Shown in pieces: positions 48,333 through 56,004 of a stretch of 64,000 nucleotides of DNA. The notes beneath the pieces are model-generated. The model ran no database searches. It had not been told where the DNA came from and saw only the letters and a list, made by a program, of their open reading frames with translations. The translations under genes and the position numbers were made by a program. How positions within the stretch are numbered: position 1 is the stretch's first letter; each line of letters begins with the position of its first letter. The DNA lies in IMG/VR virus record IMGVR_UViG_3300043418_000120, positions 1-64,000 of that record; one strand, given 5' to 3'. The stretch comes from a virus.

Positions 48333-48565
48333 TTGAGTACAAAACCGCTGAGGAAGCAATCGCAGCCAACATCAAGGCGATGGGTGATGACGGTTTCATT
48401 GAGTTTAATGGAATGAACTGCAACGACTACCTTGATGACGATGAGATGTTCTGCGATGGCTGGGATGGTGTTGATCGCCGCTGTGACTGTGGCAACCGCA
48501 GAGTCAGCTGGACAACTGAGCAGGACAGCAAGGGCAATTGGTCAGCTTACGCGGAGGCATACTGA
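48329..48565 (+). CDS. Cys-rich hypothetical protein
   Basis: GMNC...CDGWDG..RRC.CGNRRV.W. Confidence 0.7.
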   Translation: MIEYKTAEEAIAANIKAMGDDGFIEFNGMNCNDYLDDDEMFCDGWDGVDRRCDCGNRRVSWTTEQDSKGNWSAYAEAY

Positions 48566-48804
48566 TGGTGGGTCTAAAAGAATGGTTTGAAGCCAAAGCC
48601 TATAAGCCCAAGTATGAGTTTGGTGCTCGTGTGATTGGCAAGTACCGTAAGATGCCCTTTGTTGGTTGTGTGGGCACAGATGGCATCCGTTCAGAGGAGG
48701 AAGGACCAATCCTAACTGTTACGCTGGACCTGCCTCTGATGGTAGATGGCATACCTCGAACTGTGTTAATTGTCAAGCACAAAGATGTAAAACCCTACAA
48801 GTAG
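48565..48804 (+). CDS. SH3-like hypothetical protein
   Basis: YKPKYEFGARV.G...PFVG.VG...LDLP; TGATG coupling. Confidence 0.6.
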   Translation: MVGLKEWFEAKAYKPKYEFGARVIGKYRKMPFVGCVGTDGIRSEEEGPILTVTLDLPLMVDGIPRTVLIVKHKDVKPYK

Positions 48805-48864
48805 TAGGGGAATGGTTTACAATAATTCGGATTGGAGGTATAATCAATCTATTGAAACGAAGGA

Positions 48865-49032
48865 ATGACAATGGAATACATTATACTTACTGACAGCCGT
48901 TCTGACGCCCTTGCTGGTGATGTGACTTGGCACCTGTCCCAAGGCTGGGAATTGGTTGGTGGTGTAAGCCTTTCCGTTGCTCCAGGTGGCTGGACTTCAT
49001 ACGCTCAGGCTATGAAGAAGGACTCAAAATGA
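48865..49032 (+). CDS. DUF1737-like small protein (55 aa, not in track)
   Basis: V..HL..GWELVGGVS.....YAQAM. Confidence 0.6.
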   Translation: MTMEYIILTDSRSDALAGDVTWHLSQGWELVGGVSLSVAPGGWTSYAQAMKKDSK

Positions 49033-49310
49033 CTGTTACAATCGCTCTGAACACGCTCCCTCCAGGCATGGAATTTGACTGGGAAGGCAACCCTCGCTAC
49101 AAGAAAAGTTGGTATCAGGTGTTTGAGTGTACCGATGCTACTGACCACTGGAGCTATGACGCCTCCAAGCTGTTGTTTGAGTCAGACTGCCTAGCCAAGT
49201 CGCACAGCTTTGCCTATGACACATGGCTCAAGGACGAGGCTAAAATCTTCACAATCATCCAAGCCTGTGATGAGTCATGCCGTGGTGGCTATGGCTTTGA
49301 TGAGTATTAA
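49029..49310 (+). CDS. hypothetical protein
   Basis: ATGA coupling; stop inside header 49308. Confidence 0.6.
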   Translation: MTVTIALNTLPPGMEFDWEGNPRYKKSWYQVFECTDATDHWSYDASKLLFESDCLAKSHSFAYDTWLKDEAKIFTIIQACDESCRGGYGFDEY

Positions 49311-49384
49311 CCCTACTACTCGTAGGGGCTTTACTTTAATTCGGTTCTAGAGTATAATCAATCTATTGAAACAAAGGAACCGAA

Positions 49385-49477
49385 ATGACTGATTATGAAA
49401 AGCCCCTTCTTGAAGACATGACTGATACCGTTGTGCTCTATGTGTTGTGTGCTATCTTGATCATGGTGGTGATGTAA
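49385..49477 (+). CDS. 30-aa membrane peptide (not in track)
   Basis: MTDYEKPLLEDMTDTVVLYVLCAILIMVVM; header RBS, TAATG coupling. Confidence 0.5.
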   Translation: MTDYEKPLLEDMTDTVVLYVLCAILIMVVM

Positions 49478-49779
49478 TGTTCAGTTTCTTCAAATCCAAA
49501 CCTACCAAGCCAGCGATCCCAGAGATTATGCGTCGCTACCGCTACACATGCTCATGCGGCGAGCACACTGACCTTGAGTGGTGCCCTGCCTGTGGTATCC
49601 GTAACACATACAAGTGGAACGGCAGCAAGGGCTATCCAACCCGCGCAAAGGCGTCGCCAGCGATCACTACCTCGTCCTCGGACAGCTACGTGGACATGAG
49701 CTCGTCCTTCAGCAGCTACAGCAGCTCGGACAGCTCATGCTCTAGTGACGGTGGCAGCTGCTCGGGTGGTGGCGAATAA
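49477..49779 (+). CDS. zinc-ribbon protein with Ser/Gly-rich tail
   Basis: CSCG...CPACG; C-terminus SSSDSSCSSDGGSCSGGGE. Confidence 0.65.
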   Translation: MFSFFKSKPTKPAIPEIMRRYRYTCSCGEHTDLEWCPACGIRNTYKWNGSKGYPTRAKASPAITTSSSDSYVDMSSSFSSYSSSDSSCSSDGGSCSGGGE

Positions 49780-49858
49780 CCCTACAGCTCGTAGGGGCTT
49801 TACTTTAATTCGGATTGGTAGTATAATCAATCTATTGTGAGAAAAGAAAGGTTTTGAT

Positions 49859-50008
49859 ATGATTCGCGTTGTTACTGGTTTCCTGATTGTGTTTGGTGCT
49901 GTGGGTGGTCTTGATAATGCTACTGACTCTAACCTGTTGCCCTTGGTAGCTATCGCGGTTGCTGGCTTGGCCATCATGGCAGCTGGTCTGAGCAAGGTGA
50001 CCAAATGA
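49859..50008 (+). CDS. 49-aa two-TM membrane protein (not in track)
   Basis: MIRVVTGFLIVFGAVGGLD...LVAIAVAGLAIMAAG. Confidence 0.6.
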   Translation: MIRVVTGFLIVFGAVGGLDNATDSNLLPLVAIAVAGLAIMAAGLSKVTK

Positions 50009-50148
50009 GCTACATCCTGATCACTCCAACGGGCAAGACCTATACCTTCTACCTGAAGGCTGTCGCACAAACGTATCTGCAAGCCTATGGTGGTACACTG
50101 ATTACCCCTACCACTGGTAAGGTCATTTCCGAAACTGCTTGCGCATAA
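50005..50148 (+). CDS. 47-aa hypothetical protein (not in track)
   Basis: MSYILITPTGKTYTFYLKAVAQTY..AYGGTL; reads through header 50103. Confidence 0.55.
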   Translation: MSYILITPTGKTYTFYLKAVAQTYLQAYGGTLITPTTGKVISETACA

Positions 50149-50174
50149 TTCGGATCTAGAGTATAATCAATCCT

Positions 50175-50378
50175 ATGATGAACGAAATTAGAATTGAACG
50201 TGCCTTCGGGATGGATAAGCTGGGTCGCGATGTACCTGTGGGCTTTGACATCTATGTGGATGGCAACTGGGGCAACCGTTTCCGCACCCTGCGTGAGTGC
50301 AAGGTAGCGCTCGCTGCTGATGGCATCCAGTATAACCCTACCATGCGTAAGGTTATTTCCGAAAGTGCTTTACGTTAA
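50175..50378 (+). CDS. hypothetical protein
   Basis: After header 50103; reads through header 50333. Confidence 0.55.
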   Translation: MMNEIRIERAFGMDKLGRDVPVGFDIYVDGNWGNRFRTLRECKVALAADGIQYNPTMRKVISESALR

Positions 50379-50427
50379 TTCGGTTTCGACGTATAATTAC
50401 TCTATTGATTTGAAAGAAAGACTGAAA

Positions 50428-51351
50428 ATGACTAATACCGTGAAGACCTCTGTTTCGTTTGATAAAGTTTCTGGCAAGTACACTGTTCAGATTGGTGATC
50501 AAAAGCCTTTCAAGACTGCCAAGAAGAGCCATATTGAATGGAAATTCAAGCAGGTCACAGGTATGGACATGGACTATGACTCTATCGTGGCTGGTGAGGT
50601 TGAGGCTAAGCAAGCCAAGGACAATAAGTTCGGTATCAACGCTCGCTTCGCCTTTGTTGAGCAGCTGGTCTCAATGGTTGCTGACGGTGTTCAGCCTAGT
50701 GCCGTGATCACTGGTGAGGGTGGTCTGGGTAAGACTCACACTGTTACTAAGACGCTGGCTGCTAAGGGCTACACCGATATCTCCGATTTGAGTGAGTTCG
50801 CAGTTGGCTCAACTCTGGCTCGTAAGTCATTCAAGACAATCAAGGGCTTCTCAACCGCAAAGGGCTTGTACCGCACTCTGTTTGAGAACAATAAGTCAGT
50901 TATCGTGTTTGACGACTGCGACGCTGTGCTCAAGGATCCAGTTGCTCTCAATGTGTTGAAGTCAGCCCTGGACAGCTACGGCAAGCGCATTATCAGCTGG
51001 AACGCTGAGTCGGGTGATGACCTGCCTCGTAGCTTCAACTTTGAGGGTCGTGTGATTTTCATCTCCAACATGGACCAATCTAAAATCGACCAAGCAATTC
51101 GTAGCCGCTCGATGATGATTGACCTGAGCATGACTACCGAGCAGAAGATTGACCGTATGGAAACAATTGCTGCTAGCCCTGACTTCATGCCTGAGTATTC
51201 AGCTGAGATCAAGCAAGATGCATTGAACCTGATCCGTGAACTCAAGGACGACGCCAAGGAAATCAGCCTGCGTACGCTTATCGCAATCAGCAAGGTGCGC
51301 GCAGCTAACAAAGAATGGAAAGCTCTGGCAGAATACATGCTGGTAGCCTAA
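50428..51351 (+). CDS. AAA+ ATPase
   Basis: Walker A GEGGLGKT, Walker B VFDDCD, IFISN sensor, AIRSR Arg finger. Confidence 0.88.
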   Translation: MTNTVKTSVSFDKVSGKYTVQIGDQKPFKTAKKSHIEWKFKQVTGMDMDYDSIVAGEVEAKQAKDNKFGINARFAFVEQLVSMVADGVQPSAVITGEGGLGKTHTVTKTLAAKGYTDISDLSEFAVGSTLARKSFKTIKGFSTAKGLYRTLFENNKSVIVFDDCDAVLKDPVALNVLKSALDSYGKRIISWNAESGDDLPRSFNFEGRVIFISNMDQSKIDQAIRSRSMMIDLSMTTEQKIDRMETIAASPDFMPEYSAEIKQDALNLIRELKDDAKEISLRTLIAISKVRAANKEWKALAEYMLVA

Positions 51352-51389
51352 TCAGTACTACGTTTAACCGAAGACAGAAAGAGAATATT

Positions 51390-51590
51390 ATGAAGAATTT
51401 TGACATGACTACAGTAAGCACTAAGCTCGCTCTTGACATTATGACTGGAGTAAAGGTTGATATGGAGAAGGTACAAGAGCAGTACGCATTAGGCAACTAC
51501 ACTACAATCAAGTTGATCGATCGAGTGATTAGCAAGGTAGAGAGTCTAACAGAGGCAGAGGTTGCTCCTGAGGGCACTACCATTCAGTGA
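51390..51590 (+). CDS. hypothetical protein
   Basis: 66-aa ORF from the ATG at 51390. Confidence 0.5.
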   Translation: MKNFDMTTVSTKLALDIMTGVKVDMEKVQEQYALGNYTTIKLIDRVISKVESLTEAEVAPEGTTIQ

Positions 51591-51911
51591 CACGCCGACC
51601 TGAGGCAGCTGCGCTGCTTTGTAGCGGAGTCTAATAAATAGCGTTCGCTCTCGCTACAGGCGTGGTTGGGTGTGTTCGTCTTAACCTGTTCGGTATCTTG
51701 CACGCACAAATACCCCTTCGTAAATGACCCATCCTGCAGCATAAATGTCAAGTAAAACCTACGTTCGGAAGGGTTTTTCATTGACTTTTTCGTCAAAAAA
51801 GACTATAATCACAGAGTGATTATGTGGTAGCCCCTTACCCCTTTGGACAGCATAAGAGTGGTTACATATGGAGGTATTGGTGGAAGCCTTGGTGGATGTT
51901 CGGAGATAGTC

Positions 51912-51957
51912 TTGACATATATTCCCATATGCTGTATAATAACAGTGTTGGGTTTCT
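51912..51957 (+). promoter_or_regulatory. sigma70 promoter with conserved 17-nt leader (copy C)
   Basis: TTGACA-17nt-TATAAT-AACAGTGTTGGGTTTCT. Confidence 0.8.
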
Positions 51958-52041
51958 GAATGATGTAATGGTAACAGTAGTCAGTAGATGACTTACTCCA
52001 TGAGAATCAGATGAACAGTTGACTGACTCCATGGAGAAACG

Positions 52042-52215
52042 ATGAAAGGTTTGGCAATGGAACTGAGCATGCTAGAGGTTATGATGTATGTAGGCAACTA
52101 CATGGATATGAATGACATGACAAGCATAAGACACATTACTGCTAGGGATCTAGAACGAATGGCAGAAGACTTGGAAATTTCCGTGGGAGCACTAGTGGAT
52201 ATACTTGACGCTTGA
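52042..52215 (+). CDS. 57-aa putative HTH microprotein (not in track)
   Basis: GGAGA RBS; TARDLERMAEDLEISVGALVDIL resembles a helix-turn-helix. Confidence 0.45.
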   Translation: MKGLAMELSMLEVMMYVGNYMDMNDMTSIRHITARDLERMAEDLEISVGALVDILDA

Positions 52216-52451
52216 CATTTATGGGAGAATCAGGTATAATTGCTTGACATATAAGGGGGTAGGGTCACTGGAGACGAAGTTAATTTCGGGTCCCCTTGGA
52301 GTTGGTCGGGTCCCCTTCGGCTTGACCCGCCCCAATTATTTCTTTAATCCCTAAAAAGATTCCCCTGATCCAAAGCTGAAGATTTCCGATGAAAGTCGCT
52401 GAAAAAATCGCTGCAAAAATTTTTGAGCTGCAAAGCTGTTTGGAAGATATT

Positions 52452-52649
52452 ATGGAAAAGTACTTGGTAAAGGCTCAACACTATGACATGGCGGTTGGCT
52501 TGGAGGTTTGGTTGGTTCGAGAGGCAACACCCCAGACAGAGTTTTATGGCAAGAAGTATTGGTTGGTTACAACTAATCCGGACAAGGTGGTGGCAGACGA
52601 TGGCTACCTTCGAATTATCCCCGACAGCAAACTGGAGCCAGCTCCATGA
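52452..52649 (+). CDS. hypothetical protein
   Basis: GGAAG RBS before the ATG at 52452. Confidence 0.55.
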   Translation: MEKYLVKAQHYDMAVGLEVWLVREATPQTEFYGKKYWLVTTNPDKVVADDGYLRIIPDSKLEPAP

Positions 52650-52825
52650 GTGACCACAATTTCAACCGAAAGCTGAACACCGTGGGCATGTTCATTTACT
52701 GTGGCAAATGTGGTTTGGTTCGCCTAGGAAATAAGGCAACACAAAAAGCGATTACCAAGCCTTGTGGTGGTTTACGAGATTTGGATGACGAAGCCTACTT
52801 GAAGGTAAAGGGAACGAAGCGATGA
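52646..52825 (+). CDS. 59-aa His/Cys zinc-finger protein (not in track)
   Basis: H.F.....YCGKCGLV.....KPC; ATGA coupling at both ends. Confidence 0.6.
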   Translation: MSDHNFNRKLNTVGMFIYCGKCGLVRLGNKATQKAITKPCGGLRDLDDEAYLKVKGTKR

Positions 52826-53276
52826 TAGATGTAATTGTTTGGCTGCTCATTGGGGCAATTGGTATGTTGATTGGCTCAATCGTGGGAGTCTATTTTGATA
52901 ACGGTTCGGTTAGCCCCGATTGCTGGATTGGACTGGCCATTGTTTGGGGCTTGCCCCTTTGTGGTTGTGCTTGCGAACTTGGGGATTAACATGGCAGATA
53001 TTACGGTAGGTACGATAATTTTGGCGATTGCTATTGGCTCTATGTATGGAGCAGCCGTTGGTTGGATGTTCTTTGGCGGTATGCTGATACTCTTTGGCTT
53101 GGTTCAGGTTATTGTGGGTAAGAAATGATTGGAACAATCTAATGATTTGGTTGTTATTGGTTATCTTCATACTCCCTCTCTGCTGTATAGCTGCTTGGTT
53201 TGTGGCTGTGAGTAAGGCGAGTGATGATCGATATGAGCGTGAGCTGGATAGAATTTATGGTAGGAGACGGAAATGA
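52822..53276 (+). other. run of three tiny membrane-protein genes (52822-52989, 52991-53128, ~53125-53276)
   Basis: Hydrophobic short ORFs, tightly packed. Confidence 0.5.
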
Positions 53277-53647
53277 TGGATAATTTTGAAAAATGGTTCT
53301 TTGAGGGTGAGGAATTCTCCCTTCGTGCTGAGCGTTTCTATGAATCCTTGGAGGCTATGGAGTCTCCAGCGGCAAAGGAAGCTAACTTGGTTCTTTGGCT
53401 GAAGGCTGCGTTTGAAGCTGGCTATGCTGCTGGGTATGTGTCTGGAGTTGATGCTACGGAAAAATCCGTTGCCCTTCGGGAAAATGCCTTGGCTGGAGAG
53501 GAGAACCACGCAGGGGATGGAGGATACTCTATTGGTAACCGAGAAGACCATGATGCGTTTGTTATGCTGCGACTTGGTCTGGCATCAAAGCAGGAGTTGG
53601 CTGAGTACTATCGTAAACTTGATGCTGGCGAGTGGCCACTGTCATGA
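53273..53647 (+). CDS. hypothetical protein
   Basis: FEKWF.E.E.FSLRAERFYE...WLKAAFEAG. Confidence 0.65.
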   Translation: MMDNFEKWFFEGEEFSLRAERFYESLEAMESPAAKEANLVLWLKAAFEAGYAAGYVSGVDATEKSVALRENALAGEENHAGDGGYSIGNREDHDAFVMLRLGLASKQELAEYYRKLDAGEWPLS

Positions 53648-53943
53648 GAACAATTTACAAATATCCATTGACCGTTGACCACCTACAGGTTATCGAGGCT
53701 CCACTGCCAGCTCGAGTGTTATCTGTTAAGAACCAGAACGGTACACTGTGCGCTTGGGTTCAGGTGGACACTACTTGTACTGGACCAGGATGGTGGCCAC
53801 GTGAGCGCGAGTTTATGATTCTGGCAACTGGTCAAGAGATGCCTAACGAATGGGTCATGGAAGACTACCACTTTATTGACACCGTGTTGGTGGGCGACTT
53901 GGTTTGGCATGTGTACTGTAAGAATTATAAGGAAGAGTTGTGA
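53644..53943 (+). CDS. conserved phage hypothetical protein
   Basis: MRTIYKYPL...LSV..Q...L.AW..VD...TG...TV..G.LVWHVY. Confidence 0.7.
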   Translation: MRTIYKYPLTVDHLQVIEAPLPARVLSVKNQNGTLCAWVQVDTTCTGPGWWPREREFMILATGQEMPNEWVMEDYHFIDTVLVGDLVWHVYCKNYKEEL

Positions 53944-54227
53944 ATACTGAACTGATCAATGGAATCTCCAAGAAGGCAATTGAGCAAGTGAATGCTGAGT
54001 GTCCTGGACTTGGACCGACTGACTGGATCGAAGTGTACAATCGAATGTTCGCAGAGCTGGTTGTTCAGGAATGTGCTGCTCAGTGTGAAGTTGTAGCCGA
54101 TGGAGCTGATGCTGTTGCTAAGGGATCCTTCGTGACTGATGCTGGTCGTATGCTTCATGAGGGTATGTGGGGTGGTGCTAAGAATTGTGCTGCCAGAATT
54201 AAGAATCGTTTTGGGGATACTGAATGA
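53940..54227 (+). CDS. hypothetical protein
   Basis: FAELVVQECA..C...IKNRFG, a common phage family pattern. Confidence 0.65.
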   Translation: MNTELINGISKKAIEQVNAECPGLGPTDWIEVYNRMFAELVVQECAAQCEVVADGADAVAKGSFVTDAGRMLHEGMWGGAKNCAARIKNRFGDTE

Positions 54228-54430
54228 TACTTGCTACAATCGGATATGTGTTTGTGTTGCTCGTTGCGCTTTATTTTACAGCTGTGACACTTGCCTTTGG
54301 CTTTGGTACTCTGTTGATGAGTAATGAGATCGATCCAGTTGCTTGGGTATTCGCATCTATCACAGCTGCTCTTTGGTTTACCGTTTGGCAGCTTGCTCCG
54401 TTCACTGTATCGTTTACGGTTACTACATGA
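54224..54430 (+). CDS. two-TM membrane protein
   Basis: Hydrophobic; ATGA coupling. Confidence 0.6.
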   Translation: MILATIGYVFVLLVALYFTAVTLAFGFGTLLMSNEIDPVAWVFASITAALWFTVWQLAPFTVSFTVTT

Positions 54431-54732
54431 TGGATGATCCATTCAAGATTGATCGAGACGCCCAGCTTGCTCCAGGCGTTACGTATGGCGATGCTCTAGA
54501 TGCAGCTGCTCTTGAGCTGGCCAAGGAAATTGATAAAGAAGTGATTCATATGATGACGAAAGTAAAAGAGCCCTGCCTAGAATGTGGTGAAGAGTCCGAC
54601 TGGATTCGACATACTCAGTTCGCTGGCGACCATCCGTACTGCGATAAGCATGCTCGACTAGAGAAAGACTTCGGCGAGGATGACTCCTACGCATTTTGGT
54701 CAAAGATTGTACACCCACCAAAGGAAATGTGA
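54427..54732 (+). CDS. zinc-binding hypothetical protein
   Basis: CLECG....WIRHTQFAGDHPYCDKHA. Confidence 0.65.
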   Translation: MMDDPFKIDRDAQLAPGVTYGDALDAAALELAKEIDKEVIHMMTKVKEPCLECGEESDWIRHTQFAGDHPYCDKHARLEKDFGEDDSYAFWSKIVHPPKEM

Positions 54733-54947
54733 TGAATTGGAAAATTGTTATTGGATTGTTTGTAGGCTTGCTTACTATGTCTTTCGTAAGCCTGTGGGCG
54801 TACTTGGTTGGCGCCTTCTGTGCTGCTAATTTTGATATGTCTCAGTGGGATCCGTTTGGTCGTTTCATGCTGGGTGTTCTAGGTGGTGGCGCAGCTGCTG
54901 TCAGTGGATGTGTTATGTTCGTAGCTGTTGTTGAGAGCCGACCATGA
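54732..54947 (+). CDS. two-TM membrane protein
   Basis: Hydrophobic helices. Confidence 0.6.
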   Translation: MNWKIVIGLFVGLLTMSFVSLWAYLVGAFCAANFDMSQWDPFGRFMLGVLGGGAAAVSGCVMFVAVVESRP

Positions 54948-55339
54948 CTGCCTTCAGAAAATTTATTACCGATGCTATCGAAAAACATTCAGTTGCTCCG
55001 ACACGTGAGGAAACGGCAACGCTTGTTCTTCGCGAAGTGCTACAATATGTTTACGATGTCTTTGGTGCAAGTAAAGATTCGGAGAACAACACAGCTTACG
55101 GACATGGGTATCATGATGGTATCGATGCTGCGCAGACTCTCATTGGAAACATCCTTGAAGTTATCCCGCGCAGGTTTCTTCGTGGCGACCGTGTTCGCGC
55201 AACGATGAATGCTGGTTTCCACAAAGGTGCTTGTGGTGTTGTTGAGTTCGTTGAGCCATCATATAATCGTGTATGGGTTCTTCGCGATAATGCATCAACT
55301 CCAGTGTACTACCATCCTGACGAGTTGGAGTTCGAATAA
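54944..55339 (+). CDS. hypothetical protein with C-terminal KOW/SH3-like domain
   Basis: GDRVR...G..GVVEFVE...Y.PDELE. Confidence 0.6.
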   Translation: MTAFRKFITDAIEKHSVAPTREETATLVLREVLQYVYDVFGASKDSENNTAYGHGYHDGIDAAQTLIGNILEVIPRRFLRGDRVRATMNAGFHKGACGVVEFVEPSYNRVWVLRDNASTPVYYHPDELEFE

Positions 55340-55518
55340 TGGCTAGACCTTACATTCCAGAACCTTCTCTTGAGACTCAGGCTCGCTCGATTCTGAAGCG
55401 GATCGCCGAGTTCTTGGGATGTAAGGTTACAATCGAATTTCGGTATCGCGATGGAACCCACCACTGCGCGACCTTTGACTACAGGGAAGACCTTACTGGT
55501 GGTAAGGTTATTCCTTGA
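55339..55518 (+). CDS. 59-aa hypothetical protein (not in track)
   Basis: MARPYIPEPSLETQARSILKRIAEFLG...; reads through the palindrome at 55491. Confidence 0.5.
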   Translation: MARPYIPEPSLETQARSILKRIAEFLGCKVTIEFRYRDGTHHCATFDYREDLTGGKVIP

Positions 55519-55543
55519 CATTTATTGTTATTAGAGGTATAAT
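55491..55543 (+). repeat. palindrome-promoter header variant
   Basis: CCTTAC-tggtg-GTAAGG then TTGACA-17-TATAAT. Confidence 0.65.
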
Positions 55544-55566
55544 TAAGTTTTTAAGATGGAGTTGAT

Positions 55567-55995
55567 ATGAAAGAGTTTACATTTGGGACGAAGTCCTGGC
55601 ACCTGTATCTGGCAAATTTTGGTCAGGATAGTTTCTCCCGAATCACGAAGGGCGACGAGACTGACCTGTGTTCCTATACGCGCCGAGTGCTTGCTGGTTT
55701 GTTCTGGTTCAGCGTCGCTGCGATTTTGATCACAACAGCAGCTACCGTTACCCTGTTGGGTTTCTATGACATCGCGATGTGGTTGTTTACTGATATTCCA
55801 CGCATGGATGTGTTTGGTGTTATCGTCTCAATAATTTTAGTCTCAGTCACAATTCTCTTGACAATCTATGGTATCAAATATTTTATCGATACCCGAGATA
55901 TCAAAATCATTCCAAGCATTCCTGAGGATTCATTCGTTGGTCTGACATATAAGCGTGTTAAGAACAAGACTTGTTTCAAAATTAAATTCCAGTAA
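55567..55995 (+). CDS. two-TM membrane protein
   Basis: SWH.YL...DLCSY.R, two TMs, YKRVKNK.C.KIKF. Confidence 0.7.
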   Translation: MKEFTFGTKSWHLYLANFGQDSFSRITKGDETDLCSYTRRVLAGLFWFSVAAILITTAATVTLLGFYDIAMWLFTDIPRMDVFGVIVSIILVSVTILLTIYGIKYFIDTRDIKIIPSIPEDSFVGLTYKRVKNKTCFKIKFQ

Positions 55996-56004
55996 GAGGT
56001 TGGT

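Larger units (their letters stand above)
41764..50427 (+). repeat. array of ~14 cassette headers (CCCTAC-N5-GTA(G/A)GG + sigma70 promoter + leader/RBS) separating 1-5 small genes each
   Basis: Copies at 41764, 42940, 45219, 46002, 46451, 47001, 47361, 47590, 48063, 48790, 49308, 49777, 50103, 50333; 46451-46522 and 49308-49379 are identical over 72 bp. Confidence 0.93.
51590..52440. other. largely non-coding, structured control region (candidate origin or ncRNA locus)
   Basis: Multi-hairpin 51590-51675, three + strand sigma70 promoters (51781, 51912, 52212), short direct repeats, A-tracts. Confidence 0.5.

Noticed and set aside
46002-49851. Regularly recurring palindromic repeats as a CRISPR array
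   Set aside because: Intervals are roughly 230-730 bp and contain genes; repeats contain promoters and RBS; no cas genes
41764-50427. Bona fide integron (attC sites + IntI)
   Set aside because: No tyrosine recombinase in the window; most copies lack a GTTRRRY end and the long attC hairpin; cassettes carry their own promoters. Kept only as an analogy
50320-50427. N-terminal extensions in the ORF track (e.g. 50320, 41793, 35360, 17787, 29571, 56506)
   Set aside because: They run through promoter headers or upstream genes; downstream ATGs with RBS or stop-start coupling are better starts
51590-51700. tRNA gene
   Set aside because: No T-arm GTTCRA loop in the right position, no anticodon arm geometry and no CCA; I found no tRNA anywhere in the window
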